A stretch of 59,435 nucleotides of DNA, counting the filler, from Asterionella formosa (taxonomy: Eukaryota), in assembly GCA_002256025.1 (NCBI GenBank). It is 8 parts of 8 records of this genome, joined end to end, with 100 filler letters (N's around TTAATTAATTAA, not from the genome) between each part and the next. Parts side by side here need not be neighbours in the genome. Positions count along the whole stretch, not along the records: positions 1 to 7,350 come from NKIB01012468.1; positions 7,451 to 14,799 come from NKIB01012469.1; 6 more parts are not named here. One strand, 5' to 3'. Below are positions 1-11,388 of the stretch, in pieces. The notes beneath the pieces are model-generated. The model ran no database searches. It had not been told where the DNA came from and was given only the letters and a program-made list of their open reading frames with translations. Within the stretch, counting starts at the first letter, position 1; the number at the start of each line of letters is the position of its first letter. The translations under genes were made by a program, and so were the position numbers.

Positions 1-671
1 GGTAGTATGTAGAATGAACCAGTATCATCTCCGAAAACACACTCTTTAGTAGCTATCGGTATTAGCTAGTAGCTAGGACCTGGTACATGTTAGTCTATTT
101 GTTTCCGGTACATACACACGTACATACTATGTTCCAATGTTTTCGACATATGTTGTGGATTAACTGCCATTCATTTATCGGTTGTGATTTTATTAAATCG
201 AATTCATGATCCCGCCGGGTGTCCAATCATTCATTTCATTAAACACGAAGCAGTGCTGGCGCAAATGGCAGAATCAATTGAAAGATATTCATTCACTAAT
301 ATCACTTAAAACAAGACGTACACGTTTATGTTAAAATTTCATTGCTGAATATTCGCTCAATTTTTTCGTTGTTGTTACAATGGCTTATATTCACATATAT
401 TAACATTTTCATATATGATGTAAGGCGCACTGCTGCGGAATGAGAGAATGATCCGACTAGTTATCAGCAGCACGTTACATGTGTACTCAAAGAGGATGAA
501 CGACCGGTTAAAAAAAAACTCTTTGTGTCATTAGAAATTCAACTTCTTGACTTGTCCTCCTCCATATCGTAGTAGTTTACGCAGTATACTGTGGTACCCT
601 AGTACCTTGATACAGCTCCATCTTACCGGTAGGCATACTGTTACCCACCCCACCGGCAAAGTAAGAGCATC

Positions 672-1379
672 ATGACTGATGAATGCAATGCATGCGTGAG
701 AATGCTGACTGCCTTGTTGAACAAAGAAGGCAGCCGTGCTCAGCATTTGCTCAAGTCCATTGGAAGTTCTGGAGACTTTAGCATTTTAAACAATGGCGTC
801 AGCGTTGCAATTCCCTCCAACTCGTCACATGGACATCAGCTGTTGACACAATGGACCAAACTGACAACCAACAGTCCAACGACAGATGCATCGCACACTA
901 CGTCGCTCGCTGTCAGTGCAGTGGTACCACCAGCAGAAACACTGTCCATTATTTGCCGACAATGTGGCGACACTGGCCCCGAAGGCAGCGCCAGAGCGTT
1001 CGTCTTTGGACCTATGCCACTTCAAATCGTTTTATGTACCAATCGATTATCACTCATGAACTCGGAAGCTCTAGAATCGGCACTGGTTCATGAACTCATA
1101 CATATATACGACTTGCGAAGACGGCATATGGACTTTTCGGATTGTCATCAATTGGCCTACACGGAAGTAAGGGCGGCACGGGAAGGAGAATGCCGAGCGG
1201 CATGGTGGCCAGCCTCATGTGTCAAGGAACGGGCGCTCACGTCAACCAATATTATGTTTGGAGAAGCTGGAAGGGCCTGCATCCGAGCTGTCTTTGATAC
1301 GGCTATGCAAGACACAATGCCGTTTGCCAGGACTAACACACAACAACCGACCCAGAATACTAGACAAAGCGAGAGATGA
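672..1379 (+). CDS. ATP23: Mitochondrial inner membrane metalloprotease ATP23 (peptidase M76)
   Basis: HELIH zinc motif preceded by IVLCTNR and followed by DFSDCHQLAYTEVRAA and CVKERA; size fits the family. Confidence 0.88.
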   Translation: MTDECNACVRMLTALLNKEGSRAQHLLKSIGSSGDFSILNNGVSVAIPSNSSHGHQLLTQWTKLTTNSPTTDASHTTSLAVSAVVPPAETLSIICRQCGDTGPEGSARAFVFGPMPLQIVLCTNRLSLMNSEALESALVHELIHIYDLRRRHMDFSDCHQLAYTEVRAAREGECRAAWWPASCVKERALTSTNIMFGEAGRACIRAVFDTAMQDTMPFARTNTQQPTQNTRQSER

Positions 1380-2066
1380 CAATGGATGATTTTTTGGTCG
1401 GGTTATAATAATGATGCTCGTGTCTATTCATTTGGATTTGAACGCAAATTATACAAACACTGGAGATGATGAGCACAACTTGCTACAATTTTCCAAACCA
1501 CTCACATCATGGATCTAAATGTCAATATTTGTGATTGTTTGGTTTTGTGGAGTCCTTGGATTCACTTGAAATCCATCTGTTGGAAGGAGTTGTGAGGGGG
1601 TTTAACTTACTCCTACCAATGACCTCATAGCTGAGTTGGACCTCAACCATCCTAGTGATCCAAAATTGTAACTGTCCTTGCAAAATCATGAAGCCCCCCA
1701 GTTCCCATAAGTGCAATGTTTGACAATGCATTTTGAATTCAATTAGATTGTAAAATGTGCCCAGACTTTGCAGATTGTGAAACTACTGTTATTCATTTGC
1801 TCTAGTTAATGATTGAAATTGCCCTGGAAATTCGATACCAAGAAAGACTAAATGCCAATTTGTTTTCATTGTCATCACTGGAATAATAAGCATGAACAAT
1901 AATTCTGTCTCATGTTGATACGATTGTCAGGACCACACAGTGGTACCGTTGAACTCCACGTGGAATCTACTACACGACGTACACATACATACGTGTTCTG
2001 GTTCCTGGTATAATAAAATGATGTATCAACTCAAATTGCTTTGGCAAAAACAATAAATTTCAAACC

Positions 2067-2966
2067 ATGAAAGTCGTTCTGAAACAAGATGCAGAGACAA
2101 GTGATGATGCTGTTGCTCCATCCAAAGTCCCATCTTGTTGGTCATCTGCATCATCCATGGAGGATGCATCTGCATGTTCCTGGCTGCGATCCGACTGCCG
2201 CGACTTGTACTTGACGCAAATCCTCCCATCTTCCGCCACTCGCGTGGGCAAACGAAGTCGCATGATTCGATTCAGCATCAATCATGCCTGGTCAGTCAAG
2301 AATCGATTCCCCCAAGCTCAGTTTTTGGAATTCGGTGTGCATCAAGCCAAGGATGTTTGTCGAGTGTCTCACTTTGTACGTCTCTTGGAGCGAACGAGCA
2401 ACAACAGAAAGACCAGGACAGCAGCAGCGCCCCCAACCATCATTCATGGCTTTGATTCCTTTCGGGGACTTCCAGAAGACTGGGACAATGGAAAGCGGAA
2501 CGAAAATGGGACATTGATATATCGGGCGGGGACTTTTGATTTGGGCGGAGTCGTTCCGAATTTGAATCAAGTCCGGGAGGCGCTCAAACTACCTCAGTTT
2601 CATAGCGACCAAGAAAATGTTCAGCTCCATCCTGGATGGTTTCACGATACTGTGCCAGCCTTTTTTGACAATCACTCATCACCCATTGCCTTTGTTCATG
2701 CCGATGCTGACTTGTATGGATCCACAATGACATTTCTTGAAGAAATGTGCCGGCGAAAGCTAGTGGTTGTTGGCACTGTCATTACATTTGATGAATTTGC
2801 GAATTTTGAAAATTGGCAACATGGAGAATACATGGCTTGGACAGAGATTGTGGAACGATATCATTTGAAATTCAGATATATTTGTTATCATGCTCCGACA
2901 TCAGAAACGTTGGGACATTACGGATACCAATCTGTCAGTGTTGTTGTAACTGACGTTCCTTGGTAA
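2067..2966 (+). CDS. TylF/MycF-like class I SAM-dependent O-methyltransferase
   Basis: Motifs LEFGV, HGFDSFRGLPEDW, GWFHDTVP, FVHADADLYGST, GTVITFDE. Confidence 0.8.
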   Translation: MKVVLKQDAETSDDAVAPSKVPSCWSSASSMEDASACSWLRSDCRDLYLTQILPSSATRVGKRSRMIRFSINHAWSVKNRFPQAQFLEFGVHQAKDVCRVSHFVRLLERTSNNRKTRTAAAPPTIIHGFDSFRGLPEDWDNGKRNENGTLIYRAGTFDLGGVVPNLNQVREALKLPQFHSDQENVQLHPGWFHDTVPAFFDNHSSPIAFVHADADLYGSTMTFLEEMCRRKLVVVGTVITFDEFANFENWQHGEYMAWTEIVERYHLKFRYICYHAPTSETLGHYGYQSVSVVVTDVPW

Positions 2967-3297
2967 ATGCTAGATGTACCGGTTTGTAGGTTCACGGTCG
3001 TGTGCGTGCGATATAGAGGTGCGACCATAATATATACAAATTTATGAATATATATCTTGTTGGAGAGGCCACGAGAGAGTCGATAAGCCGTTGTCAAGAC
3101 GTTGCAAAACCCACTTAATATTTGTGGTTGAACGTGAGTTATTATCTACTCCGTTGCAATGGAGTCATATTCAATTATGTACCATCAAATTTCCCGAAAT
3201 ACAGAAGCTCACTTTTTTCACAAAGGTATATTACATTGATCTCATAATTTTAAATTCACACAAAAACAATATTACTGGACGAGGAACGATACTACCA

Positions 3298-6165
3298 ATG
3301 CACTCATATCTCGTCGGGGTATCCCTGTTGCTGATGGTTGATGGCACTATTGTCACAGCGTTACCTAATGATGATGTACGTAATAATAATGCTGGTAATT
3401 GCATTGGTGTTAAGTCATGCCGGCCTCGTTGTGTCACCTTAAGATTGGATCGAAATGAAGACTGCAATGCTGTTGGCGGGATTTTTGAGTTACAGTCTCA
3501 ACTCAACCCATGGGACATTAAGCGCTTTCGAACACTCAACTGTCAGGCCACTCAGACCTGTATCAACAACAAATGCAACCAAAAATTGTCAGGAGACTTG
3601 AACATTTCTATTGGAGAGCAAGGATATAGTGGAGGGTACTTTTATACAAATGTGCAATTGCCGGCGGATGAAGACACTTTTACTTTTTGTTCCATCTACC
3701 CATGTCCTAAAGACGAATGTGCACTACCAGAACAAATGGTAAGTCTCGCTTTTTTTGGTATATGGATATGATGATGACTACAGTTGATGATATGATTTGC
3801 CTTTGCTAAATTCATGTTGCAAATGTTACAGGGATTTGAGATTCAATTTTCGTTTTTCGAAGGCCAAGTGGGTCTCAATGCAATTGCTATTGATCCGATA
3901 CTGGTTCTTGAATTTTACCTCAAAGCTTCATTTTTGGGCCAAGTTCTTCAAAAAAATTCTACCAACCATTACGGGCCCCTTCACGTCGAATGGATGGACG
4001 ATCCAACTCATTGCCGAGAAAATGAGTTTTCTGAGTATGCTCCTGCAGCCCCAATCCAAGATCCCGTGGTTGTGACCAATACATCCATGTTTAATGCTCT
4101 TCTCTATTGTAGCGGCGACGAGTATCTGCCATTGCCATTACCTCAGACAAGGTCACCTACTCAGGCTCCCAGCTCCAGTCCTTCACTTTCCGTGGCTCCA
4201 TCGGATATGCCGACTTTGTCTCCTACGTCGTTTCCAAGCGCCAACCCAACTCACTCGCCAACGAAGACACCGACACAACTTCCAACCGTGGGACCAACAC
4301 TGTCGCCAACGTTTTCATCTGTTGCGTTAAGGCAACTTGAAGCCCTTGCGAACTTTTACAACTCTACACAAATGTTTTCCAGCTATTCATCAGCATTGCA
4401 GAACTGGTTCATCAACAAGGACTATTGCCGTTTTACAGGCATTAGCTGTGACAGCATCGGATACGTGACGGGCATTGATTTGAACAACAAGGGTCTTGCT
4501 GGGACTCTACCACAAACTTGGGACAATTTGAATCGAATTAATAAGCTTAGGGTGACTGGGAATTTGATTGCGGGTCCTATTCCCACACATCTTTATGAGC
4601 TTGATTCCCTCAACACTATTGAGATTGCAAATAACCGCTTCACAGGTGAAATTCCTCGCGAGTTTCGTTATCTCAAAAATCTTCGTCGACTCGTCCTTTC
4701 TTATAACAAGTTAAATGGTACCATTCCCAGCGAACTTTGTGAAATGACAAGGTTGTCAGCCTTTCAAATTTCTAATAATGTTGACATGACAGGCGAAATC
4801 CCTCCATGCTTTGGAGGATTGCCGTTGGACCTCTTTAGCATTCAAAACGTTGGTCTCGTCGGAACTGTCCCTGCCTCGCTTTGTGGCATTCGGTCCATGA
4901 ATGGTTTATTTCCTAATCGTTTTGGTTGTGATGCCTTGGCGTGTCCTGCTGGAACGTACGGAATCACGAACGGTCGAATGGTCGACAACCTATCCCCTTG
5001 TGTTGCTTGCACTGTTCTATCCAATGTGCTTGCTTCAACAAGTTGTGTCTTTTTGGAAGGCAATACTGTCGGTACCCCAACTCCGACTACAACCTTTTTT
5101 CCAAACGTTTTTCCTACTCCACTTCCTACTTTGGCTCCTTCCGTTTTATTTTTGAATTCAAGTGCTCCTGTATTATCCCCCACTATTTCCACCAACACCA
5201 CCAATAATACCACCACTCCAACAGGCTCGCCAATCGATACTGCTTCTCCAGCTCCGTCAATGTTGTACATCGACATTGAACTAACGAATTCTCCCACCTT
5301 GATGGCTTCTCAGGACACCATGTATCCATCTATAACAGTATTGACTGCGCCTTCGAGTAGTCCATCAACAGCACCCTCCTCATTTCCATCTAATGCTCCA
5401 TCGGCGAAAGCCACTACTACGGTGACGATGATGATTTTCGAAACGTTCCAGTTGGATTTGATCTTTGTTGGTGTCACCTCCAAACTAAACGACACAACTG
5501 TCTTTTGCGATGCTACCAAAACGTTCTTGGAAAACAATTCCACCACGATTAAGAATGTGACAGTGTTGTCCCATAATGTTGGCGCCTACTCTAACGAAAC
5601 AGTTGCTTCTATCCCTATTGCTCGTTACTTGAAGGACAGAAGGGCCTTGTTTGTTCATGTCCTGATTGAAGGAAGTGTTTCTGACAATGGAACGTTGCTG
5701 GAAGCTGTCCAAGCTCGATTGGTGAATTTCGATGCATATGCGGCACGTGTTGGATTGGTAAAAGTATCCAGTACGACTCTTCCTATTACTCCACCTACAT
5801 TGGCCCCAGTTTCGGTATCATCAAGAAAGAAGGATTTGAATTGGGGACTCATTGGGGCTGCCATTTGTCTCACTGTAGTGGCAATTGTGTGTGTCTATAT
5901 TGTTCGACACAAGCACCAGTTGCAACGACTAACAGAACAGGCTCATTTTGCTACCAGCACTGATGTTCGTCGTTCAGTTGTGGAGGATGGCATGGATAAT
6001 AATGACGACTTTTCATTGGCCACTAGCACTGGGTGGAAATCAACAGCATCGCTAGCAAAAGAAGAAGAAGACAATAATTCTCTATGGGATGAGTGGTCTT
6101 GTGTTGACAAGAACACGAAGCGACCAATTGGAAATGATGCCACCACCTTGGAGGAGTTGCTTTAG
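3298..6165 (+). CDS. LRR receptor-like type I membrane protein without kinase; exons 3298-3738 and 3832-6165
   Basis: Signal peptide MHSYLVGVSLLLMVDGTIVTA; phase-0 intron GTAAG(3739)..TACAG(3831) joins two in-frame ORFs; plant-type LRRs (NRFTGEIP, NKLNGTIP), Cys-rich CPAGTY segment, Pro/Thr linkers, TM WGLIGAAICLTVVAIVCVYIV. Confidence 0.85.
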
Positions 6166-6433
6166 AATTATGTCATGGGGAGAAAATGTCATGGGGAGAA
6201 AAGAATTTATACGCAGCTTTGTAAAAGAAAGTAAAATCAAAATGCATACATGTAAAAATGCTTGTTTTCAAATTTATGACTTGATCATAATTCCACAATA
6301 TTTAGTTCAGATAAATACATTAGTGAGGTTGGAAGTTTATATACGGAGCAGTCGTTACATTGGATGCCATCTATTAGTATTATATAAGTGGTTGTAGGGC
6401 ATGTGCGTCTGTACACATATATATCCTGGTCTT

Positions 6434-7350
6434 TTACAGTTGGAACCCAAAGAATGCAATGGCATTGGCTGTTGTTTGTTGAGCCACTTTTTCATGTGTC
6501 AAATCAGGGTTATCAAGTAATTTGACCACTTGATCCAGAACCATGGGTAAAGAACTTGGTACATTGGGGTATGTTCCTTGGAGAAACTTTTTCCGCTGCT
6601 TGCTTGTTGTCGTAGTATTATGAATCATACTGTCAATATTCTTGTCCAAGTAGGATTGTCGACATTTAGGAAATCCCATGTATGGTGCATCTGTTTCTAG
6701 CATTAATTTGTCAAGTGGGATAATATGACGTAAACATTCTTGTGCCATGACAACATTGGCTGGTTTGCAAATGTATCCTGATAACGAAATGTAATATCCT
6801 CGATCCATGTACTGTTGACATTCATCAGGTGTACCTGTAAAGCAATGAATAATCACCTTGGTTTCACCATTATTTTTATTCTGATGAAATTCTTTCAACA
6901 GGTCCATTGTTTCTTGAAATGCCCCTCGTTCATGAACAAACAGGGGAAGATTCAATTCTTGTGCCAATTTAATTTGCAGTTGGAACCATGGGATTTGATC
7001 AATAATGGGTGGAAATCCTGGTGATGAATCAAGACCACATTCCCCCACTGCACACACGAGGGATGAATGATGTTGTATCAATTGTTTCATTTCGTCATAA
7101 TACTCATGGATTGGTGATCGTAGTCCTGTAGTAGTAGTAGTATCAATATCATTGACATGATAGGGATGTACACCAACTGTGGTGAGAATTTTCACAAAGT
7201 GCTGTTGTAATTGTTGTCGTTCCTTCAACAAGGCCAATCCATGCTTGGCTTCTTGAATTGTGGACGATGGCGACACCATGGCAATAATATTTGATTCTTC
7301 CACTGCATCCTCCAGTAGAATAGAAAGAGGTGACAACTCTTCCTTATTGT
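6434..7350 (-). CDS. TatD-family DNase, 5' end truncated by the contig edge
   Basis: TVGVHP, AVGECGLD, LPLFVHER, IIHCFTG and LMLETDAPY motifs; ORF runs to the N linker. Confidence 0.9.
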
Positions 7351-7450
7351 NNNNNNNNNNNNNNNNNNNNNNNNNNNNNNNNNNNNNNNNNNNNTTAATT
7401 AATTAANNNNNNNNNNNNNNNNNNNNNNNNNNNNNNNNNNNNNNNNNNNN
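7351..7450. other. Artificial contig linker (N44-TTAATTAATTAA-N44)
   Basis: 100-bp spacer carrying a six-frame stop sequence. Confidence 0.97.
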
Positions 7451-8787
7451 AGGCAGGAGTTCTCTTATATTTAAACCATGATTATAGCAGGAGAAGGATG
7501 GATACATCAACACCACCATCACCTGGTGCTGAGCGAACTATCGGTACTTTGTAGGTAACATGGTACCAGGTACCAGGTAGGTACGGTGCGCACTGATAAC
7601 TCGGTCGAGTTCTACTGGTTAGGGTTATGTTCAATATACTGGTATTAGAATTCAAAATATATTTGTGGTGTAGGAACAAGATAGTTCTGCCTTTCTTGAT
7701 GCAATGGCACGCAAGTTGGTCAAAACATATTGTTGCAAGCACACATGCCTTTTGATTTCTTGATCACATAACAATTTGATAAGAGAAATAAATTTTGTTT
7801 TATAACACATCACTTTTGGATTCACACAAAAAAATTCCGAAAAATTACATATTATTTTAGGAAATTAACATTCATAAGTCACTTTTAGACATAAATTCGA
7901 AAATGAAAATGAAAAACTGCTTTGTTGACCCACCCTTTTGTCTGGTGATAATACATCATTTCCTGCAGATGGACATGTTATCATGATGGGGGGCTATATA
8001 TTCTTATTTGGGTGGCTGTGCGGTCTCCTGAGCATATTCTTTTTACCTAGCAACACTGAACTTTCTGGGTAACAAGCAATGCTGTCTTACATGTAGTTTT
8101 CGTAGTACTACTAAACCTACGTAGGCAGTCTGTAGCGCTGCTGCTGACATCCTCCTTAGCCATTCCAGTCCACTTTGGACACTTCTGCTCCCTCTGCCGA
8201 ATCCTCCTACGCTCTCTCCTCCTTCCCTGCCTCTCAACCTGCTCTCCTAGACCTGGTCCCTCAACAGCAAAATCAGCCAAATCCACCCTTTATTTTGAAT
8301 GATTTTTTCACTTTCCCCCCATTGATCACTACTTTTGGACTAAAATAGAGGAAATTCGAATATTCTTTCTACAGTACTAGCAGTTACATTTTCATTGACC
8401 AAACAACCAGATATGTAACAGCCAGTTCTGATCATGAAAATGAGCAAGCATCATTTCTTCCTTCCAATCATCACAACTTTCGCGGTTGCACCCTCCATAA
8501 TCTACTGCAAGTTACCATTGCTCTACTGCTATATATTACATTGTATAGATGCTGAGAATACATGGTTCAAAGAAAAATTGGTCCCCATTCGTCCCTCTGC
8601 ATTTTGCTCAAGATGGCAATAAGTGAAAATCGGAAAATCCCAAAAACAGCTTTTGAAATGTAGATACCAATTTAAAATTTACTTCCATATGCATTGTTTT
8701 TTATACATATAAAATATTTAACTTTACTTATGTTATGCGCTTTCAGACTACTCATTTGCTAGAAGGGTAGACCACGTCCTGGTGCTG

Positions 8788-10873
8788 CCAGCCCGCCTGC
8801 AAGTTGTGGTCATTTTGCTGAAATTGATAATGTTACTCAGGACAGATATTTAATTACATAGAAAACGTCATCAATTTACTCTTGAAAATCATTTTTATTA
8901 TCTCCACTTAGTGATGTAGGCTTTATTCTAATTGTATTCTTCAAAAACGGGAAAAGTCAAGAAAACACAACAATGACTGGGGCAATACAGGGGAGGTCTG
9001 AAGCAAAAGTAAGTAAGTCTTGAGTCTTGCTTACTTTGCTTTATTCTCTCCAAACTTAAAATCTTTCGCCTTTTCCGGTCGAAGTGATGAAAACAAGCAA
9101 CCTATCTTAATTAACGGTTTTCAAAGTCTTTGAGGTTGGAAATTTGTAACTACCAGCATTATCATAGCAATGACCCGATATAACTTTTGTAAACTACTGG
9201 CATGTATGGTGTACAGTATGTCTGATTGTTAATAGACATGGCTGCATACTATAGCTATACCCTATATACTATCGACTGTTGACTAATGAATATATTAGTA
9301 TCCTGGTACTTATGTTGCTTATGTATACTATATTGACTGTCGACTACATACATAGTTTAATGAAGACAATAGCGGTGGACAAGGTTGCAACCCCACAGAA
9401 AAGTTGGGCTAATATTTATTGAGAGTTATGCTGCTCTTTGCCTCTTAGAGTACCTTCTGGTGGATTTGTGCATCAATAATTCACGGCGTCAATGCTATTG
9501 CCTTGTTGACGCATATACCTGTATATACAGGTATAAACAGCTGCGATTATGGAAATGTGGAAGACAGCAAGAAGGTCACAGAATGTAGAAGCCATCCAAA
9601 GCAACCTTGGCTGCCTGCATTGCCAAGACTGGCCATGAATCTTTGCTCAATAGGAATGATGAGTGCATCGAAAATGACCATCACTCTCATTGGGCGGAGT
9701 CACTGTGACCCTTCCTTGAAAAACCTGAAATGAGCTCATATGCAAACGTTCGAGCTCATTTCAAGCTGCCCATACGCCTGTGTGTTGGCAAGAGCATTCA
9801 CTTCAAGGCAACCATGGCCGGGTTGGCATACATTCACCCTATGGCGAGGAATTGATGATTCCATCGCTGCTGGGCCTGCTTGGACATGTTTTAGGTATAA
9901 AATTATATACCGGTATACAGTTTGTATATAACTATCGACATTTTTCTGGACCATATCAGCAATGTGTTGGATCTAAGTTACGGAAACCCAGGCTTTGGCT
10001 GAACCAGCTTTACCAGGGTACCAGTCGTGGTACCCTGAGCAGCACGAGTCCTCCATCAGCCGCCCCCATCCATACGGTGGTACAAGGTACCAGGTACTGG
10101 TATATTATTTATTTATGTTGGGTAGACTACCACTATAGTTGTTACGTCTTAGTAAGCAAAATATAAACAAGCGCTGAACATATCATGACGAAAGCATATG
10201 CCGCCAGACAAAAAGAGAAATACAGTTACCAATTGTTAATTCTACTAATTTGTGCTCTATAAATTCATTACATTCCTTGCTGGGTCAGCATACTGCAGGT
10301 AGCAGTAGTACGCTGTCTGTCATAAATCCATAGTATATTGAAGAACTGGCACATACGTACGTGTTGGACATATGTATCTTCCAACATACTTCTGTTGATG
10401 TTCACCATTCAATGACTTTATGCTGCAATATTCCTCTGCTACGTATGATACGCTAGAATGCGAACATTCAAATCCAAATTGATATACCGGTCATAGGAAC
10501 CGTTCATTATTGGTTGTTTTCATCACTTCTCCCCAGAAAAGGAGAACGATTTTGAGTTTGGAGAGAATAAAGCTAATTAGGCAAGACTGACTGCCTTGCT
10601 TACTTTTGCTTACTATGTGATATGCTTATTTTGCTTCGGGCTGTCTTTCTATTGCCCCAATCATTTGTTATTTTCTTTTTTCAACCATTTGCCTCGTTTT
10701 GACGCTTCGGTGCTTATACTTACGAAATATCTTATTACGTCAGAAAAAAGTCGTGATACTGTCGATTGAAAGAGAGAGTTGATGAAGTTTTTCTCTATTT
10801 ATTCGTTTTGAGCGCCTGTCCTGTGTCACATTGTCCATTTCAGCAAAATGACCGCCACTTGCAGTTTGCCTGG
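8788..10873. mobile_element. Non-autonomous DNA transposon with long imperfect terminal inverted repeats (arms ~8788-9120 and ~10497-10873)
   Basis: ctgcaagttgtggtcattttgctgaaattgataatg matches the reverse complement of cattgtccatttcagcaaaatgaccgccacttgcag; the match continues through ggggcaata, gctttattctctccaaact and gaagtgatgaaaacaa; no convincing ORF inside. Confidence 0.75.
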
Positions 10874-10976
10874 TGCTCTACCAGGTAGCTGCTGGTATGA
10901 TGTGATTTCTCACATTAGTATAGTTAGTACCACCGGTAGTGCAATTGTGGCTGAGAGAGAATCGCACAAGCAAGTG

Positions 10977-11388
10977 TGTTGAAATGGTCCGTACTCCTTC
11001 CCGCAGGCTGGGTCTCTCTTCACGTAGACTCTTACGTGATCGTAGTACTACCTAGTACCACTTACTTTCTCTCTTGTCTCTGCTTCTAGCCTTGTTCCTG
11101 CTAGATAGACTTATTGACCTTCCTGTCAATTAACACACTGTTTCCTCAGTTGATAATCCAAAACTCAAATTAAATTATAAGCTAAACTAAATGTTTCCTT
11201 TCCATGCATCTTTGCTTCCTGCAACGTTGTTCTAAGACTCCTCTCTTCGAGTTTCCACTTAACATTTCCATAGAAATCTTCAATCTTTGATCTCGTTAGA
11301 CAGCTGATTGATGTGGCGATGCATTATTCGACTCGTTCGATTACAATCGAGTCCACAATCCTTGTGACTCGGGCTAATATTCTTGACA
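10977..11388 (-). repeat. 3' LTR (412 bp)
   Basis: tgttgaaatgg...tattcttgaca; by eye differs from the other LTR by 2 substitutions and a 2-bp indel in an A run. Confidence 0.95.

Noticed and set aside
7395..7406. TTAATTAATTAA palindromes recurring every ~7.4 kb
   Set aside because: Part of the artificial linkers, not biological
7950..8290. Protein-like minus-strand fragments
   Set aside because: Multiple stops and no identifiable domain
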